Made by a program: the position numbers and the translations under genes. A DNA stretch of 63,834 bases, filler included, from Reticulomyxa filosa (lineage: Eukaryota > Protista > Foraminifera): the NCBI GenBank assembly GCA_000512085.1. It is 19 parts of 19 records of this genome, joined end to end, with 100 filler letters (N's around TTAATTAATTAA, not from the genome) between each part and the next. Parts side by side here need not be neighbours in the genome. Positions count along the whole stretch, not along the records: positions 62,443 to 63,834 come from ASPP01015116.1; 18 more parts are not named here. One strand, written 5' to 3'. Shown one piece after another: positions 63,730 through 63,834 of the stretch. Below the pieces are notes generated by a model. That model was not told where the DNA came from. It did not search any database and saw only the letters and a list, made by a program, of their open reading frames with translations. The first letter of the stretch is position 1. Every line of letters begins with the position of its first letter.

Positions 63730-63834
63730 ATATTAAAAGGACATTCTAGTATTGCAGAATTTTCTTATATGATATTATCTTGTTCTAATGATAAAACAAT
63801 TAGATTATGGGATATAAAATCAAAAAAATATAAA
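63730..63834 (+). pseudogene. WD40 repeat remnant at the window end
   Basis: LKGHSS...ILSCSNDKTIRLWDIKSKK. Confidence 0.5.

Noticed and set aside
1-63834. Alternative genetic code (stop-codon reassignment)
   Set aside because: Long conserved ORFs (TLDc, G6PD, WD40, Kelch) translate cleanly with the standard code, and complete genes end at TAA/TGA/TAG. In-frame stops are confined to decayed paralogs.

Overview
This window is not one locus. It is 19 short contigs joined by 18 artificial 100-bp spacers (N-run, TTAATTAATTAA, N-run). Eighteen contigs are AT-rich eukaryotic DNA with short GT-AG introns full of poly-A/T and (TA)n tracts. They carry expanded WD40, TRAF-zinc-finger/WD40 and Kelch families, which strongly resembles the foraminiferan Reticulomyxa filosa (an inference from family content and intron style, not a database result). 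Recognisable genes: syntaxin, CstF-77/RNA14, a TBC Rab-GAP, PNO1, a cNMP-binding protein, a 7TM-like protein, a GT34-like glycosyltransferase, an EamA/DMT transporter, a histidine phosphatase, G6PD, a TLC-domain protein, a TLDc protein, a Kelch protein and several WD40 genes or pseudogenes. One contig (23948-25009) is GC-rich bacterial DNA (ftsB-like gene plus an AlaX editing protein). The most interesting observations are: (1) a protein combining a CAP-Gly domain with tandem coactosin/ADF-H-like domains, a candidate actin-microtubule linker; (2) a TA-flanked Tc1/mariner-type MITE/TIR family seen in two contigs; (3) an RNF213-like giant protein fragment together with rapidly turning-over TRAF-WD40 and caspase-like modules, suggestive of an innate-immunity-like repertoire; (4) a G6PD with altered fingerprint motifs. 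Many frameshifts sit in homopolymers and are probably sequencing errors.
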